The notes under the pieces: model-generated
The model's input: only the letters and a program-made list of their open reading frames with translations
Databases searched by the model: none
Told to the model about the DNA's origin: nothing
Assembly: GCA_964389155.1 (NCBI GenBank)
Contig: CAYMCN010000002.1
Span: 1 to 25,809 of the forward strand
Source of the DNA: Candidatus Woesearchaeota archaeon
Lineage (GTDB): Archaea > Nanobdellota > Nanobdellia > Pacearchaeales > GW2011-AR1
Direction: 5' to 3'
DNA: 25,809 nucleotides
Made by a program: the position numbers and the translations under genes
Shown here: positions 25,622 through 25,809 of the stretch, piece after piece
How the letters are laid out: every line of letters begins with the position of its first letter
Position numbering within the stretch: position 1 is the stretch's first letter

Positions 25622-25809
25622 TTCTTTTTCTCCGCAATAATAAAATCCTTATTTTTACTTGTGCCATTTAGGGTATCAGGAGCATTTTCAAATACTTTTT
25701 CCCTAAAATCAGAATCAGATTCCTTTCCGCCATGTTCTTCACGTTCAAATTCCTTTCTTTCGATCAATGGTTCTGGAATTTTTTTATCAATCTTTGAAAG
25801 CTTTTCAGA
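25615..25809 (-). CDS. gatC: Amidotransferase subunit C (C-terminal part; gene runs off the right edge)
   Basis: Own translation: ...SEKLSKIDKKIPEPLIERKEFEREEHGGKESDSDFREKVFENAPDTLNGTSKNKDFIIAEKKKW*. The FRE..V..NAP...g.f motif and the position directly upstream of gatA fit GatC. Confidence 0.55.
   Translation of the reverse strand, partial: SEKLSKIDKKIPEPLIERKEFEREEHGGKESDSDFREKVFENAPDTLNGTSKNKDFIIAEKKKW

Noticed and set aside
1-25809. Scan for CRISPR repeats, C/D-box sRNAs (ATGATGA...CTGA), additional tRNAs, rRNA, inteins and in-frame stops or frameshifts
   Set aside because: I found no regularly spaced repeats. All ATGATGA/TCATCAT hits lie inside well-supported CDSs without matching D boxes. 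There is no other GC-rich tRNA-like island. All conserved genes are intact and of normal length.

Overview
This is a very AT-rich, tightly packed archaeal chromosome segment, roughly 27-30% GC by eye. It holds about 35 genes. Most intergenic gaps are under 60 nt, and several stop/start or stop/stop codons overlap. Core information-processing and cell-division genes dominate, with clear archaeal markers: aRF1 (NIKS/GGQ), TBP, ribosomal protein L15e, RNA polymerase subunit L, Sec61-beta, NAC, ATP-dependent DNA ligase, RadB, MBF1, ValRS, MetRS, FtsZ, MinD, ScpB and GatC/GatA. There is one tRNA-Ile(GAU). Accessory-looking genes include a processive-type GT2 glycosyltransferase, an MFS transporter, an AI-2E permease, a nitroreductase, an MBL-fold hydrolase, Nudix proteins and a bacterial-type MnmA. 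The composition, short proteins and gene set suggest a small-genome DPANN-like archaeon, but that is inference only. I see no CRISPR array, transposase, integrase, rRNA or obvious defence island. I cannot honestly point to a clear-cut new multi-gene system. The best candidates for a second look are: (1) metG split at its core/Trbp111 domain boundary by an interposed PD-(D/E)XK-like ORF, with 1-nt spacers on both sides. (2) A divergent pair made of a Nudix hydrolase and a winged-helix protein fused to a degenerate Nudix domain, the reverse architecture of NrtR. (3) A D,D,D,QxxRW glycosyltransferase translationally coupled to an unknown membrane-anchored protein. (4) A zinc-ribbon / Met-rich / half alpha-crystallin fusion protein. 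All functional calls rest on motif recognition by eye, since no searches were run.
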